Origin: Tubulanus polymorphus
Lineage: Eukaryota; Animalia; Nemertea
DNA length: 64,000 nt
Direction: 5' to 3'
Assembly: GCF_964204645.1 (NCBI RefSeq)
Contig: NC_134028.1
Location: forward strand, 16,623,653 to 16,687,652
Below the pieces are notes generated by a model. It had not been told where the DNA came from. It worked only from the letters and a program-made list of their open reading frames with translations, and searched no databases. The position numbers and the translations under genes are program-made. The number at the start of each line of letters is the position of its first letter. Position 1 is the stretch's first letter. Positions 37,018-48,400 of this stretch are shown in pieces.

Positions 37018-37405
37018 AAAAGATTATAGAATTCACTGTATACTAATGGATGAGTGGATGAATTGGATGAATTGGATGAATTGGATGAGTGGATGAATGG
37101 ATGAGTGTAATAATATATAATTTACATATGTTTTTTATTTTTAAAACAGTAAGAGTTTGATTTGAAGTTATTTTATTAATTTTATACTATATTTAAATAT
37201 TATTTTAATAATATATATATATTGTGTTAAATTTAATAAAGAATATAAATATTATATTTATACTCATACTATTCTTCCAATTTATGTGTTAAAAAGTAAA
37301 ATATATATATTATTATACTCATCCACTCTTCCACTCATCCAACTCATCCAACTCTTCCAACTCATCCATTCATCCATCAATATACAGTGAATTCTATAAT
37401 CTTTT
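37018..37405. repeat. Long inverted repeat filling the convergent intergenic spacer
   Basis: AAAAGATTATAGAATTCACTGTATA+(TGGATGA)n at the left mirrors (TCATCCA)n+TATACAGTGAATTCTATAATCTTTT at the right; arms about 100 bp. Confidence 0.85.
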
Positions 37406-38367
37406 TAATTTTCATTTTCATATTTTTCTTTAAGCTTATTGTATTCTAACCATAAATTCCTTTGCATTTTCATTGGTATAGGTCCTAAATGATTCTCGAG
37501 TTTATATTTATTGAATGTTTTTCTTGAAAATATTTTTGGAATATAATTTTCGATTTCAGTTTTAGATGGATGTTTATTTAAAAATTCTCTAAAATTATAC
37601 CACCGATAATCTAATATATTCTTATTATTAAATTTTGGATTTATAACTGTTGGATTTTCTATTACATTATCTGTACCAATATGTTTAATTGAGTATTTAT
37701 GATTCAATTGTTTATCATATATTACATATTCTTTACATTTTTCACACCAAGATTTAAATACCTGTATTGCATGGGCTGAATCATTTCCACCTTTTGTTTT
37801 TAATTTATAATGTTTTGCCCAATTAGCCTTTGTTATACATTCATTACAGAAGGCACAATAATTCTGATACTCTTTGCATTTATCTTTATATATATTGGCA
37901 TATGTTTTTACTAATTGTAAAATATGTTCATCTTTTTTGATGTGTAATAAATAATCATTATAATTATCAAAATCTTCTTCACAATACATACATCTGATGT
38001 TATCTTTTGGTTGAACATTTGATTTTTCTATTTTAGGTTCAATATTATATTCTATTTTTGTTTCAATCTTATCATCATTCGATGTAGAAGGTATAACGTT
38101 ATCTTCTATTTTAGATTCAATATCATTCTTATCTTCTATTTTAGGTTCAATATTATCTTCTATTTTAGGTTCAATATTATCTTCTATTTTAGGTTCAATA
38201 TTATCTTCTATTTTTGTTTCAATATTCTTATCTATTTTACTTATTCTATATTTGAATTGATTAAAGTAATCTCCAAAATACTTACTGTATTCATCATAAG
38301 GTAATATATAATATATATCTGATATCATTTCACTTGGAGTTTGTATTTCATATATTCCACCTTCCAT
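37405..38367 (-). CDS. Zinc-finger accessory protein with 8-aa IEPKIEDN repeats
   Basis: CMYC..H..H, CAFC and CEKC fingers; 24-bp tandem repeats at about 38130-38225. Confidence 0.8.
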   Translation of the reverse strand: MEGGIYEIQTPSEMISDIYYILPYDEYSKYFGDYFNQFKYRISKIDKNIETKIEDNIEPKIEDNIEPKIEDNIEPKIEDKNDIESKIEDNVIPSTSNDDKIETKIEYNIEPKIEKSNVQPKDNIRCMYCEEDFDNYNDYLLHIKKDEHILQLVKTYANIYKDKCKEYQNYCAFCNECITKANWAKHYKLKTKGGNDSAHAIQVFKSWCEKCKEYVIYDKQLNHKYSIKHIGTDNVIENPTVINPKFNNKNILDYRWYNFREFLNKHPSKTEIENYIPKIFSRKTFNKYKLENHLGPIPMKMQRNLWLEYNKLKEKYENEN

Positions 38368-38399
38368 TTAATATAAGATTTTTTATTAAAGTTAAAATT

Positions 38400-39647
38400 T
38401 TAATACATAACACTATCTAATTGTGAATTTACAATATTTAATTGCGCGTCAGATATAATATAAATGTGCATTTTAAAATTTTTGATTCCCTTTTTCTTTG
38501 TCATGAATAATTGTATTCCATCTTTTGTATTTTGTAATTTTTTCCCAGAACCATGTAATAAGTTATCTTCAGTTGTTCTAAAATCTAACCATAATGCGTA
38601 TTTATTACCGGTATAATAATCAATTTGATTAATGTTACAATTTTCAAATGATTTTATTTTTTCATTCATAAAATGTTTTTTAATTTCTACCCATTGATCA
38701 ATCATTCTCATTCCTTGACAGAATATTTTATTCGCTATACCTTCGATAGTTATTTCTACTTTTGTTATTTCAGGATTATAATAATTATCAACATTTATTG
38801 CACCATTAGTATACGTTCCAATGGTAAAAAATATTAATATACCTTTAATAGATCTTCTAGGAAAGTTAATATTCTCATTAATTATTTCATCATTTGCATT
38901 AATAGTTACAGTTTTAAATTTATCAATATAATCATATAATAATGAAAACCCTTGATTGTATTGAGTTTGAATAATACTTGAAATATTTTCATCAGTTACT
39001 GTATCATATTCTAAACATATATTCGATAATTTATAACTCATATCTTTATTAACGCTAGATAATACAATTTCATTTACAGGAGCAAATGTTATCTCAAATA
39101 TAACGTCTTCTTGAATTGCGTATTTATATAAAGGTGCATTATTATTTATCAATTCAAAGTCTAATGGAATTTTATATTTACTTCCATATATACTTTTTAT
39201 CAATTTATCTACATCATTTGTTAATATTGCGCTATTAGCTTCTGATCTTAATTTATTTTGGTTTTCTGATTGAATACCCTGAAATATCATATTATTTCTA
39301 TTTTCTTTAGTTAACCATAAATCTTTATAATGCATAAATAAATTATAATCATCTAATGAGAAAACTGTTTCTGGACCAATCTTTATTGTTAACTTTTTAA
39401 TCAAATATCTTCCAACATTATCAACGACATAATTATTATTATTACCGATTACTTTTATATCGGCTGATAAATAAATACTGTTTGGAACATAAAAAGTATT
39501 TTGTGTTAATCTAGGAATTCTAACGTATAAAGTTTCATCGGGATTAATATTTGAAGGGTTATGAGTAATTATATGATGTGATCTTTCTGCTTTAATAGCA
39601 TTAGATATTCTATGATTCTTAGAAGGATTGATATAACTCCCACTCAT
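38400..39647 (-). CDS. Major capsid protein (probable double jelly-roll)
   Basis: 415 aa, beta-rich, conserved between copies, in Polinton context; C-terminal LWLDFR...MHIYIISDAQLNI pattern typical of Polinton MCPs. Confidence 0.8.
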   Translation of the reverse strand: MSGSYINPSKNHRISNAIKAERSHHIITHNPSNINPDETLYVRIPRLTQNTFYVPNSIYLSADIKVIGNNNNYVVDNVGRYLIKKLTIKIGPETVFSLDDYNLFMHYKDLWLTKENRNNMIFQGIQSENQNKLRSEANSAILTNDVDKLIKSIYGSKYKIPLDFELINNNAPLYKYAIQEDVIFEITFAPVNEIVLSSVNKDMSYKLSNICLEYDTVTDENISSIIQTQYNQGFSLLYDYIDKFKTVTINANDEIINENINFPRRSIKGILIFFTIGTYTNGAINVDNYYNPEITKVEITIEGIANKIFCQGMRMIDQWVEIKKHFMNEKIKSFENCNINQIDYYTGNKYALWLDFRTTEDNLLHGSGKKLQNTKDGIQLFMTKKKGIKNFKMHIYIISDAQLNIVNSQLDSVMY

Positions 39648-39667
39648 TTATTTAACAAAAAAATTAA

Positions 39668-41359
39668 TTATTTATTTTTTATCATATTCACTAACCCAAA
39701 AATAATAGCACTTACAACTGTAATTAAAAATAAAATAATATGTTCAGCAGCAAAGTTAATAATGTTTCCTGCAGATTTCAATATAAAACCAACAATTGAA
39801 GCAATAACTCCTGGCAATGCAGCAGCAGATTTTTTAGATAGTTCCCATAAATATTTTGCTAATTTCTTTAAACCATCTTTAACTTTATCTTGTATAGAAT
39901 TATTGCCTGGAGGTTTATCTGGTTTATTTGGAGTAGGAGTAGATTTCAAAGCATTTGATATTGCTAAACCAATTGTTGTAAATAACATAGTTACAGCTGT
40001 TAGAATTGAAAGAATTGTTATTCCTTCTAATTTAAATAATAACTTTATTCTATCTTTCAATGATATTTCAGAATTTGGTTTAATCAACAAATCTTTAAAA
40101 ATAACTTTTAATTTTTTAATATGATTAAGATCATATGATTTTAATAATATATCTCTTTCTTTTTCCTGTAATTCTTTGTTATATTTTAAATCATCTATTT
40201 CTTTTTCTAAAGCTAACTTTCTGCTTTCAAAATCAGCTTCCTCGATTAATTGAAGATCTCTATTTAATTCTAATTGTTTTAATTCTTCATTTGCATTAGT
40301 TAATTCTTTTTCTAACATGGTTATTTTAGAAAATCTCATCTTAATATTAGCAATTTCACCAGCTGATTCTTGCATACCTTTAATTTCTCTACGTGTTTTT
40401 TCAGGAAATGCTTCTAATTCTTCATCAGTTAAATCAAGTAATCCTTTTTCTAGTAAAGATTGTATTCGATTTATTCCAGTTTCAGAACCAGATGTATCTG
40501 ATATACTATTCATCAGTTCTTCTGAATCTCTTAATCTATCAATTTGTTTTTCTAATGTTAATTATAATTGACTTGAATCATTATCAATTTGTTGAGTGTC
40601 TCTTCTCGATGTTTCGGGTGTTGAAGATCTTAATTTATCTAATCGATGTGCAAAATCTTCATCAGTTTCTGGATCAACATCAGTAGGATTTGGATTTGGA
40701 TTTTTAAATGGTGAATATTTGTTTATATCAATTTTAGGAATTGGTTCTTCTTCATTTATTCTATCGATTGCATTCCATATAATTCTGAGAAATTCTCTAC
40801 CACCTTTTGAACCTTCAATTGTAGATAATGCTCGCATTCCAGGTTCAAAAATATTTTCTTGACCCATTCTAGATAATTGAATTGATACAGTATTCCTATT
40901 TAAATCAAGATTATAATACCATGCATCATTTTTAAATTCTAAATTATTTGTGAAATATGGGTCATCTTTAAAAATTTGTTCTACAACATCTTCAGTATCA
41001 ATTTCATCTATTACAACTTTTGGTAATAATTCGTTAACAATTGTATCTGTTACTCTAGATTTCATTCTATATAATTCCATAGGTTTATCAGGATATTTTT
41101 CTTGTTCTTTTACTAATAGTTCCATAAATTCTTTTCTTTCTCTTCTAGTTGAAATTCTACCCCTTTCAGGAGCTTCTAAATATTTATTTAATTTTTCACG
41201 TAATTCGGAATCATCATCTTCACCTAAATTAGTATTATATGCTGATTCATCATTTGTATCAATATTAGTTTCTGCATCATTATAATCATCATCAATATAT
41301 CCTTCATTATTATTTCCCATTTCTCCCATTTCATAATCTTCTCCACCTTCTACATCCAT
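39668..41359 (-). CDS. Acidic domain (40562-41359) plus coiled-coil/multi-TM domain (39668-40513), in one frame separated by a single TAA
   Basis: Reading through the TAA at 40562-40564 continues LTLEKQIDRLRDSEELMNSIS in frame. Confidence 0.75.
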
Positions 41360-41374
41360 TTACATAATAAAAAA

Positions 41375-42763
41375 TTAAAATTTAAAATATAATATTCCTC
41401 CGATTACAATTCCTATACAAGTTATAGCTAATTTAGTATTTTCATGGGATTTATTATCATCATTTAGTTTAATTATATCATGTTGAATATTATCAGTTTT
41501 TATATTTTCTGATGTATTGTAATCTTTTATTTTGGAATCATTATTTAATTTAATATTCTTAGTTTTAGTTTCTGTTGATTGAATATGTTTTTTATTTTTT
41601 TCACCTTCCATTAATTTTGGGGCAGTAATAATCTTTTTATTTATATCATTTAATCCAAATGAATTATTTATTGTTGCAGTTTTAATTAGATTATTGTAAC
41701 CAATTATATTTCCCATCTTTAATACTAAATCATTAGAAATAATTAATAGATTAGGGCCTATACAATAATTTAGTCTTACATGAGATTTATCTAAATAATT
41801 TTGATATCTTATAATGTTTTCTGGAATCGATCTATTTTTATCATTATGAATTGAATCTTCAAATAAAACTTTAAATTGTTTTTGTGTATCGAATGATGTA
41901 TTCAAATTTCCAATTATCGGTGATCTTGTTTCAACTTGTGATCCTAGAATACAAATCAAATAAGTTCTAATAGATTGATTTATTCTTTCTATACCTGATT
42001 TTGTAAAACCTTCACTATTCTCTAAAATAAAATATACCCAACCATTATTGTTTTCTTGTTTTAAATGATCATAAAATTTCGGTAATTTATTGAAATTTAA
42101 TGTTTCTAAATCCTTTGTTTCTATCTTACCATAACCTAATTTTTTATTATAGATATTATAAAAACTATTAGATGGTATAGGAAGTGCACAATATTCTGCA
42201 ATCTTTCTAGGGCAAGGAAGTGATCTTATTGTTCCAATTTTTGTTCTAAAATCAGAATTATTTATATCTATATTAAATTCATTACAAATTTTATAAAACT
42301 TAGATAAATTGATATTATTATCTAATTCTTTGAAATACCTAGATCCTGGTAAAGCGCACTCTAATTCATTTAATATTATTCTGATTTGAAAGTATGTATG
42401 AAATCTAAATAAACTTTGAATTAATTTATATTTAGAATTATTCAAATGATCATTCCAACTAATTCCACAACCTGTTGTTGCACAATAAACAGCAAAATTT
42501 AATTGATTCTGCCAATACTTCATATTAGATTTTAATAACCATTGTTTTTCATCTTTCAATTTTTTAAAATTAATTAAATATACATGAAATATATTTTCCA
42601 TCTTTGCATTAAAATTATTAGTTTCAGTAACATAAATATATAAATTAGTTAATGAATCTAAAACTTCATTTCTATATGTAATATCTTTATTAAAATCTAT
42701 TGCTGGAATATTATATTTAATTGATTTATTATATTGGAAAGCTTTTGGAAAACTATCTACCAT
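41375..42763 (-). CDS. Conserved Polinton protein (462 aa) with a C-terminal TM anchor; function unknown
   Basis: Intact ORF with WQNQLNFAVYCATTGCGIS motif; present in copies A, B and C. Confidence 0.85.
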   Translation of the reverse strand: MVDSFPKAFQYNKSIKYNIPAIDFNKDITYRNEVLDSLTNLYIYVTETNNFNAKMENIFHVYLINFKKLKDEKQWLLKSNMKYWQNQLNFAVYCATTGCGISWNDHLNNSKYKLIQSLFRFHTYFQIRIILNELECALPGSRYFKELDNNINLSKFYKICNEFNIDINNSDFRTKIGTIRSLPCPRKIAEYCALPIPSNSFYNIYNKKLGYGKIETKDLETLNFNKLPKFYDHLKQENNNGWVYFILENSEGFTKSGIERINQSIRTYLICILGSQVETRSPIIGNLNTSFDTQKQFKVLFEDSIHNDKNRSIPENIIRYQNYLDKSHVRLNYCIGPNLLIISNDLVLKMGNIIGYNNLIKTATINNSFGLNDINKKIITAPKLMEGEKNKKHIQSTETKTKNIKLNNDSKIKDYNTSENIKTDNIQHDIIKLNDDNKSHENTKLAITCIGIVIGGILYFKF

Positions 42764-42779
42764 TTATATAATTAAAAAA

Positions 42780-43214
42780 TTAATAATTTATTAATTCTTT
42801 TAATAATTTATCTTGTTCTTCAACTGTTATATGACCATTTAAACTTATTATATAATCTAGTGTGTTCTTTAATTTATTAATTTCTTTTATATTAGTTTTA
42901 ATTTTTTCTTTATTACTTTTTATATTTAATTTTGAACTTATACCAGTTAAAACACTTGAACTTAATCCTAATACACCAATTGATATAGCTAATGGTGTTA
43001 ATGGACTGAATATTGCTAGAAATGTTATTACAGAACTAATTGTAACCGAACCACTTATAATCAAATAATATATAATTTTACTTTTTAAATATTTTTTCTT
43101 TTTTATCTTTAAGTCACTTTCAAATTCTAATATTTGTTTTTCTAAATATCTTTTTAATTTAGTTTTATTTATATCATGAGGAATAATATCAATACTATCA
43201 ACTTTATCTTCCAT
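42780..43214 (-). CDS. Polinton two-TM protein (144 aa)
   Basis: Intact; conserved in three copies. Confidence 0.85.
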   Translation of the reverse strand: MEDKVDSIDIIPHDINKTKLKRYLEKQILEFESDLKIKKKKYLKSKIIYYLIISGSVTISSVITFLAIFSPLTPLAISIGVLGLSSSVLTGISSKLNIKSNKEKIKTNIKEINKLKNTLDYIISLNGHITVEEQDKLLKELINY

Positions 43215-43233
43215 TTATTTAGAATAAAAATTA

Positions 43234-43656
43234 CTAATTAGTAAACTTATAAGCAATAAATATAACAATAACTGTTCCACCTAAAATCCATATTATTTCA
43301 TATTTCTGTTGTTCTTTACTTGGGGTATAATAATCTGATAATTTAGGTTTGTATAGATGTAATTTTTCTTTATTTGTTACTGCGTTATATAAACTCATTG
43401 CATCATCAACTGATTGAAAATCTCTATGTGAAATCTTCTGATTATATAATTCTTTATTGATGTAATCCATATAGTTTTGTCTTTTTTCTCTATATTCTTC
43501 TGCAGCTTTATTGTATTTCTCTAACGCTAAGTTATGTCTTCTTTGTTCTCCTAATGAACTATTTTTATCAATATGTTTAAATAAATAACCACCACCAGTA
43601 AATGCTAAAGCGTTAACAATTGCCGATCCTATAATAGTTATAATTGCAGAAGCCAT
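43234..43656 (-). CDS. Polinton membrane-associated protein (140 aa)
   Basis: Intact; hydrophobic termini. Confidence 0.85.
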   Translation of the reverse strand: MASAIITIIGSAIVNALAFTGGGYLFKHIDKNSSLGEQRRHNLALEKYNKAAEEYREKRQNYMDYINKELYNQKISHRDFQSVDDAMSLYNAVTNKEKLHLYKPKLSDYYTPSKEQQKYEIIWILGGTVIVIFIAYKFTN

Positions 43657-43681
43657 TTATTTAGCAAAAAAAATTATGTAT

Positions 43682-43903
43682 TTATATGGGAGGAATATAT
43701 TTTTGTTTTTCCAAATAATCAATAGTTAAATTAGATAAAGTAACTGCTAACGTTAATTTCAAAATATCATTTATATCAAATCTATCAACATTAACACTTC
43801 CCATTTTGAATACTTTTTTTAATACCATTGAATAACCAACAGTTCCAACTGATAGTAATGCTCCATTATATAATCCAGTTATTATCCACTTATTATCACT
43901 CAT
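43682..43903 (-). CDS. Small hydrophobic Polinton protein (73 aa)
   Basis: Intact in three copies. Confidence 0.8.
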   Translation of the reverse strand: MSDNKWIITGLYNGALLSVGTVGYSMVLKKVFKMGSVNVDRFDINDILKLTLAVTLSNLTIDYLEKQKYIPPI

Positions 43904-44245
43904 TTATTTATCAAAAAAATTACTATCTTCAAAATATTTAGTTAACTTATTTATGATTAATTCAACATTTATTTCATTACTAGTTTTATGATTATCATAT
44001 ATTTTGGATAATATGTTTTTAATATCTTCAATAATTCCATCTTCATTTAATTCATAATATTCTAAAGGTGATTTAATTAAATCAATTACTTTTTCTATAT
44101 TATACTTTTCTTTATCAATCATTGATGCATTGTTAAATGATTTACTTTTTATATCAGTAATTACATCATTTAGTTTAATTCTCATTTCTTTACCATGTTT
44201 AAAATCAAACCCAAAACATATACTCGGTCCAACAGTAATATTCAT
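43904..44245 (-). CDS. Polinton hypothetical protein (113 aa)
   Basis: Intact; homologs in copies A and B. Confidence 0.75.
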   Translation of the reverse strand: MNITVGPSICFGFDFKHGKEMRIKLNDVITDIKSKSFNNASMIDKEKYNIEKVIDLIKSPLEYYELNEDGIIEDIKNILSKIYDNHKTSNEINVELIINKLTKYFEDSNFFDK

Positions 44246-44261
44246 TTATATAGTGAAAAAA

Positions 44262-45020
44262 TTACTCTTTACATCTTATAACTAATTCATAAATTACAGG
44301 GAAATTATTTAAATCAATTAAGTATCCATTATGATTTCTAATTTCTAATCTAAAATTATTAAAACTAGGAATGCATGGTTTGAAATCACATTCTGTTAAA
44401 TTATAATTTATTTGCGTTCCAAATTCTTTAACATTTTTTAATGGTAAAATATTTAATATACTAGAATTACATGTTGTATCTTTAGTTGCTTCAAATGTTT
44501 TTGTTGGGTCAATTAAATTGCAATAAATATAAAAATGTGTAAAAGGTATTATATTTGAAATACCTTCTACGTTTACTGTAACAACATCTGGTTCAATTCC
44601 TAGCAATTTAGCTATAGGTTTTTTTACCATAAATGCATGTTGACTTTCATCAAATACCTTTATTTTAATTCTATTTGAGCTATCACTTTTTATAAATCTT
44701 ATTAAAAATTTATCATCTTTTCTAATTTTCAACCGTGCTCTACGATTAATTTCTTGAGATAATGTTTCTATATTATATAATCCTGGTCTTAGAAATAGAT
44801 GAAACCATTTATTTATACTTCTAATATGAATTAAAAAAGTATTATGTTCAATAGTTTTATTCGATATATTATAAAAAGAATTACATAAACTTATATTTAC
44901 TAATTTTAAATCTACACAATTCTTGAATTCTCTATCTAATTGTACTAATAAATTATGTGATTTATAATTTGTAAGTTTTCTAGAATCAACAAATATTCTG
45001 TATTCTTTTAATTCCACCAT
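44262..45020 (-). CDS. Minor capsid protein (penton-like single jelly-roll)
   Basis: IFVDSR N-terminal strand, YIYCNLI, and LEIRNHNGYLIDLNNFPVIYELVI C-terminal pattern typical of Polinton/NCLDV pentons. Confidence 0.8.
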   Translation of the reverse strand: MVELKEYRIFVDSRKLTNYKSHNLLVQLDREFKNCVDLKLVNISLCNSFYNISNKTIEHNTFLIHIRSINKWFHLFLRPGLYNIETLSQEINRRARLKIRKDDKFLIRFIKSDSSNRIKIKVFDESQHAFMVKKPIAKLLGIEPDVVTVNVEGISNIIPFTHFYIYCNLIDPTKTFEATKDTTCNSSILNILPLKNVKEFGTQINYNLTECDFKPCIPSFNNFRLEIRNHNGYLIDLNNFPVIYELVIRCKE

Positions 45021-45035
45021 TTATTTTACATATTT

Positions 45036-45377
45036 TCATTCGAAATCTATTTCATGGTGCCCTTTTTCATTCTTACCTTTGTATACGAAATAGAAATCTC
45101 CAGAACATAATTCTTCTAGATCTTCACTTGATAATCTATGAAATCTATCTGGTAAATAAGTTCTGAATTTATATATATTTCCTTTTAATCCTTCATATTC
45201 TAAATGAATTACTAATTTATCTCCATATTTATTAGTAATTGTTTCAATGTTAGTAATTAAATATTTCTTGTGAATTGTTAATTCTGTTAACTTTTTGAAT
45301 TTATAATCTACAGATTTGACGCTCGAAGTATCTTTAATTCTATCTAAGAATTCACTGTGTACTTGTTTACTCTCCAT
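45036..45377 (-). CDS. Small beta-rich protein, possible OB-fold ssDNA-binding protein
   Basis: TNKYGDKLVIHL...TYLPDRF; adjacent to pPolB. The fold is inferred. Confidence 0.6.
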   Translation of the reverse strand: MESKQVHSEFLDRIKDTSSVKSVDYKFKKLTELTIHKKYLITNIETITNKYGDKLVIHLEYEGLKGNIYKFRTYLPDRFHRLSSEDLEELCSGDFYFVYKGKNEKGHHEIDFE

Positions 45378-45405
45378 TTATTATACAAATTTTTATTGAA
45401 ATTTA

Positions 45406-48400
45406 TTAACACGTTAGAATCCTTTTCATAATCTCATTTTCTTTTGTTTCTTCTCTTTTGAATTTTATATATTCATCTAAATTGCAACCATAGGCGACTG
45501 TGTGGATTCCATCATCTAAAATATATCTTTTATCATCAAATGGATTCAAACTTATCTTCTCTATCTCTTCAATATACATTTCATGATCTTCAGATCTTAA
45601 ACATTTCATTTTATGTTTTCTAACTTCTTCATTAAATATACAATTGATGTAATCTTTAAAATGAATATTTTTTTCTACTACACTTTTGGTTATTCCTTTT
45701 AACTTTTTAGCTTCATGAGTTTTGGTTTTATATGAATACATTTTAGATCTAATACCAATGAACTCTATCATTTCTTCACCACCTAATTCATCCTTAAACT
45801 TCCCAGGAACTTTTTTATTATCATTGCTAAACAATTCATGATTTTTTGGATAGTTACTAAAATCAAAATGATGTTTTAATGTTTTTAAATCATCTGTTAT
45901 GTTATCAGTTTTTATCTTTAATATGTAACTGTCGGTATCAAAGTATAGAATTTCTATGTGTTTTTCTCCAAAATGGGGTTGTAATATGTTATAGTAAAAT
46001 TTATACATTAGTAATTTTGAAATTTCTAAAACCGATGCTCCAACATAAATAGGTTTATTGAACTTCATAGAAGTTCTTTTTAATTTAACTGCTGCTAAAT
46101 TTTCATCGAATATTCTATTACCTATGAATTTCGGATACGATTGTAAATGTCTAATTCTTTTACCATTACTAACTAACTCAATATCATTTCTATTTCTTAT
46201 GTTTTCACAAGTCTTACCATAGAATGCATTATTCATTAGTTTGAAGAAATCTTTTTCAAAATCAGTTTTAGATTTAGTTCTCTGTGTAGTATTAAAATCT
46301 ATATATTTTTCTAACCATTTAGATTGACTGAATGAAATATATCTATGTACTTTTTTTAATATCATTCCTTGATTCAAATAAAACTTCAACATTCTATAAT
46401 GTACTACATAATTATATTTATCTTCTTGAGTTACCATTAACTTTTCAGTATGAATATGATTATCGGGTTTAATTCTTTTTTGATAATTTGATAATTCTTC
46501 ATGAGTTACAGTTTTATGTTCGGGACAATATGCTAGATTTCTAGATTTGAATTTAATATTTTCAGGGTATTCTAAATCTACAACAAAGAAGTAACCAGTA
46601 TCTGAATCATCTGCAATATCTAGTATTCTTTTCTTCCAATCAAATTTATCAATTTGTAAAACTTCAGTTATTTCAAACATCCCATAAGGTTGTGGTTCCA
46701 TCATTGCCCAACCATAAAGATTATTTGCATCTATGTATAATAATTTATATCCAGGATTATCATTTACATTGAAATATCTATCACCCAATACACCTGAAAC
46801 ACCTCCTCTTATAGATTTTTCAAATAATAGTAATTGATCTATATTTGTTAACAAATCCATTTTTATATCTGTAAATTTTAATCCACAATCCCATGTTAAT
46901 CCTGGTGATGAATAACAATGACAAGGATCAATGTTAAAATATTTTAGGTTTACATCTCTAAACCTTTCGAATATATCGGTTAATAATAATACATCTGATT
47001 TTAAATATAAATCTACTAATTGACCATGATTTTCTATTTTGAAATGATTCCAAATATTCAATGTTCTATTATATACTTCATCTTTAACATATTCATTTTT
47101 TAATTCATCATAAAATTGTTCTTTTAATAATTCAGTTATATTAAAATCATTATGATTTTTATAGAAAGAATATGGAATTGCTCCTTTATATCTCATTAAT
47201 TTAAAATCATCATAATTTGGGTAATATTCTTTTAATATCTTTAATTCGTCATCAACTAATGATTTTGATAAGTTATCTAATGAACTACTTAAAAATCTAT
47301 ATGAATCTATAAATCTTAAGCATCCAAATTGGAATGATATATAATTCTCAGATGTTTTAGCTAACATTCTAAATTTATAAGTTGGTATTTTATCTTTTGA
47401 TCTATTTGAATTTAATATTTCTATTTCATTATTGATTTCTTCTATTTTATGACATAACTGTTTGATGAATAAATGCGCGTCATACCCCGATAGATTATGA
47501 AATATAACTGGTACAAAATTAATTTTCTTAGCTTGTAAGTTACAATTCTCATGTGCAGCGCCTCTAAACTTTCCATTCAAATGATCATGATCTCTTACTT
47601 TTTTATCTTTATAATTAAATATCTTTTCACAATAATAACATTTATCTGCAAACTCAAATTCTTCTTTATCTTCTTCTGTCATAATTATTTCTTTATTTGT
47701 ATTCAATAATTTACTAAATCTTATTTCATATTCAATTAATAAGTCACAAAAATGATTGATAACATTTTCATTTCTATAATTATAATATTCACTTTCGATT
47801 AGTTCTGGATAATTAGATTTAATATATAACCCGAAAGCTGCAGCTGATTGATGAATCTTTTTAATTGTATTTGTTTTTGGTGGGTCTTCTGAATAATCAC
47901 TTTCATTAGAATTTAATTTCTTTCTTTTATAATATATATCTTTTCTATCTTGATCAGTTAATTCTTTATTTAATGATTCAAAATCTCCATATATTACAAA
48001 TGGAACTTTATTTTTGTAATCATATTTTTTGAATTCTAATATTTTATCTTTTTCATTTGGTAAAACTAATTTACAATAATCATGATTATCACATAATTGT
48101 TTATGATTTAATAATGTACTTTCATTACTAAATTTATGTAAACATTTTCTACATAGATATATTTTATTATGGTGATCATTTTCTGTTCTAAAGAATAAAT
48201 CTATTTGTTTAATCCACATATAATGATTCTCATAATATAATATATCTATAACATCGTTTGAATCATAATCTTTTGATAGGTATAAAGGTTCTAATGTATA
48301 ATGTTTAATATTATTTCCTTTTGTATTTGGTAATTTGATTAAATCAAATACATTTATTTTAAGATTATTATCTCTTTCTATTTTTGGGATGTTTTTAATT

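Noticed and set aside
22513-43068. Plus-strand ORFs opposite Polinton genes (22513, 24494, 25127, 25750, 26399, 28325, 28973, 39612, 40317, 40393, 40596, 40950, 42862)
   Set aside because: Antisense shadows of conserved minus-strand genes; they have no motifs and no TAAATG context.
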